From contig CAMZIY010000120.1 of assembly GCA_947307365.1 (NCBI GenBank), positions 1 through 5,488 of the forward strand: 5,488 nt of DNA, read 5' to 3'. A program made the position numbers and the translations under genes. The notes beneath the pieces are model-generated. The model was not told the DNA's origin, did not search any database, and saw only the letters and a list, made by a program, of their open reading frames with translations. Shown one piece after another: positions 4,142 through 5,488 of the stretch; the stretch's first letter is position 1; every line of letters starts with the position of its first letter. The stretch is from an uncultured Clostridia bacterium. Lineage in GTDB: Bacteria; Bacillota; Clostridia; Oscillospirales; Oscillospiraceae.

Positions 4142-5488
4142 TCAGGTTTCCGTTTCGGTCTCCGGCGTTTCCGGGCTTTCCGCGCCGTCCTCCTCCTGCT
4201 CCGGCGCGGCGACGGTGAGGCCGATGATCCTGGCCCCCTCGGGGATGCGCATGACCCGCACGCCCTGGGCGGCGCGGCTGTATACGTTCACGTCGTCCGC
4301 GTTCATGCGGATGACCACTCCGTCGCTGCTCATGAGCAGCAGGTGATCCTCCGGGGATACCAGGGCGATGCCCGCCACCTTGCCGGTCTTCTCCGTGATG
4401 GGGCAGTTCTTCAGACCCATGCCGCCCCGGTGCTGGGGCTCGCTCCCCAGGCGGCAGTATTCGCTCACCGGGGTCTTCTTTCCGCAGCCGTTCTCCGTCA
4501 CGGTCAGAAGCATGTCCTCCTCGCCGCAGCAAACGGCGCCTACGCACCAGTCCCCCTCCCGCAGGCGGATGCCCCGGACGCCGGCGGCGGTGCGGCCCAT
4601 GGTGCGGATATCCGTCTCCCGGAAGCAGATGGCTTTGCCGTCGTGGGTGGCGATGAGGATATAATCCTCCCCGGAGGTATTCAGGACCTTGATCAGCTCG
4701 TCCTCCTCATCCAGGGTGAGGGCCCGGATGCCCACGTTTTTCAGGTTTTTCAGCTCCTCGAAGCGCATACGCTTCACCGTGCCCTTCCGGGTGACGAAGG
4801 TGAGGAAGCGATCCGGAGGCATGGCCGCCATATGCAGGACGGCGGAGAGGGTCTCTCCCGGCTCCGCGGGGATGATGTTCACGATATTGGTGCCCTTGGC
4901 GGTCCTGCCCGCCTCGGGGATGACGTAGCCCTTGCGCATGTATACCCGGCCCCGGCTGGTGAAGAGCAGGAGCAGATCATGGGTGGAGGCGGTGAAGATG
5001 GAGTCTACGCTGTCCTCCTCCTTGGTGGTCATGCCTGTGACGCCCTTGCCGCCCCGCTTCTGCACCCGGTAGGTCTCCGCGGGGATGCGCTTGATGTAGC
5101 CCGCCCGGGAGATGGTGAAGACGCAGAGCTCCTCGTCGATCAGGTCTTCGATGTCGATCTCATCCTCCACGTCCTGGATCTCGGTGCGCCGGTCGTCTCC
5201 GTATTTGTCCCGGATGGCGCTGAGCTCGTCCTTCAGCACGTCCCGCAGCATTTCCTTGCTGTCCAGGAGACGGCGGTAATAGTCGATGCGCTCCTCCAGC
5301 TCCTTGTACTCCGCCGCCAGCTTTTCCCGATCCAGGCCCTGGAGCTGCTTCAGACGCATATCCAGGATGGCCTGAGCCTGTACGTCGTCCAGGCCGAAGC
5401 GTTCCATGAGCTTCTCCTTCGCGTCGTCATAGGCGGTGCGGATGATGTGGATGACCTCGTCGATATTGTCCTGGGCGATGAGCAGGCC
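4142..5488 (-). CDS. gyrA: DNA gyrase subunit A, C-terminal 448 codons (5' end lies beyond the window)
   Basis: The ORF-track entry 4142..5407 continues in frame to 5488 ([33 protein letters not shown]...). It covers the tower/coiled-coil region and the beta-pinwheel C-terminal domain. The GyrA box QKRGGKG is encoded at 5062..5042, which distinguishes GyrA from ParC. The protein ends in an acidic tail, [19 protein letters not shown]. Confidence 0.95.
   Translation of the reverse strand, partial: GLLIAQDNIDEVIHIIRTAYDDAKEKLMERFGLDDVQAQAILDMRLKQLQGLDREKLAAEYKELEERIDYYRRLLDSKEMLRDVLKDELSAIRDKYGDDRRTEIQDVEDEIDIEDLIDEELCVFTISRAGYIKRIPAETYRVQKRGGKGVTGMTTKEEDSVDSIFTASTHDLLLLFTSRGRVYMRKGYVIPEAGRTAKGTNIVNIIPAEPGETLSAVLHMAAMPPDRFLTFVTRKGTVKRMRFEELKNLKNVGIRALTLDEEDELIKVLNTSGEDYILIATHDGKAICFRETDIRTMGRTAAGVRGIRLREGDWCVGAVCCGEEDMLLTVTENGCGKKTPVSEYCRLGSEPQHRGGMGLKNCPITEKTGKVAGIALVSPEDHLLLMSSDGVVIRMNADDVNVYSRAAQGVRVMRIPEGARIIGLTVAAPEQEEDGAESPETPETETET

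Noticed and set aside
3544-4218. A 224-aa plus-strand ORF (non-ATG start), and 3623..3928 (+), running antisense through rnhA. A weak plus-strand promoter-like pair, TTGCAA (3632..3637) and TATTTA (3655..3660), points into it.
   Set aside because: The translated product is Pro/Ala/Arg/Gly-rich with no motifs and lies fully antisense to a well-supported RNase HI. The -10 lacks the conserved final T. An antisense transcript is possible, but a protein is not supported.
4137-4547. A 136-aa minus-strand ORF ([14 protein letters not shown]...), and 4368..4664 and 4689..4928 (+), overlapping the gyrA 3' region.
   Set aside because: These are alternative-frame or antisense ORFs inside the GyrA C-terminal domain. 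Their composition is extremely Arg/Gly/Pro-biased. They are GC-driven artefacts.
1-5488. I scanned for CRISPR repeats, tRNA or rRNA, IS or transposon ends, integrase or recombinase genes, and toxin-antitoxin or defence-system gene pairs.
   Set aside because: I found no regularly spaced direct repeats, no cloverleaf-like segments, no terminal inverted repeats flanking a transposase-like ORF, and no unassigned multi-gene cluster. Every ORF of substantial size with translation signals is accounted for.

Overview
This looks like a chromosomal, origin-proximal housekeeping segment from a high-GC Bacillota (Clostridia-like) genome. The taxon call is an inference from AAGGAGG-type ribosome-binding sites, a Soj/Spo0J pair and Bacillus-type parS sites. 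Five genes on the minus strand run from high to low coordinates. They are gyrA (5'-truncated by the window edge, 448 codons, with a GyrA box), rnhA (RNase HI, starting 1 nt after the gyrA stop) and a small XRE-family HTH gene with its own strong promoter. After these come soj(parA)-parB(spo0J), separated by 1 nt, and then serS (N-terminal 203 codons, 13 nt after the parB stop). One plus-strand gene, a 176-aa nitroreductase-family protein, diverges from soj. It converges on the XRE gene at a GC-rich bidirectional hairpin terminator. The soj/nitroreductase intergenic region holds two perfect 16-bp parS palindromes. I found no CRISPR array, tRNA or rRNA, transposase, integrase, or recognisable defence or toxin module, so I cannot support a claim of a novel multi-gene system here. 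The least-explained content is the orphan XRE regulator, whose C-terminal half I cannot assign, together with the roughly 235-bp AT-rich, palindrome-dense region upstream of it. The tight gyrA-rnhA coupling, the twin parS sites and the leaderless placement of serS behind parB are modestly unusual arrangements. Most of the long ORFs in the supplied track are antisense shadows of real genes, as expected in GC-rich DNA.
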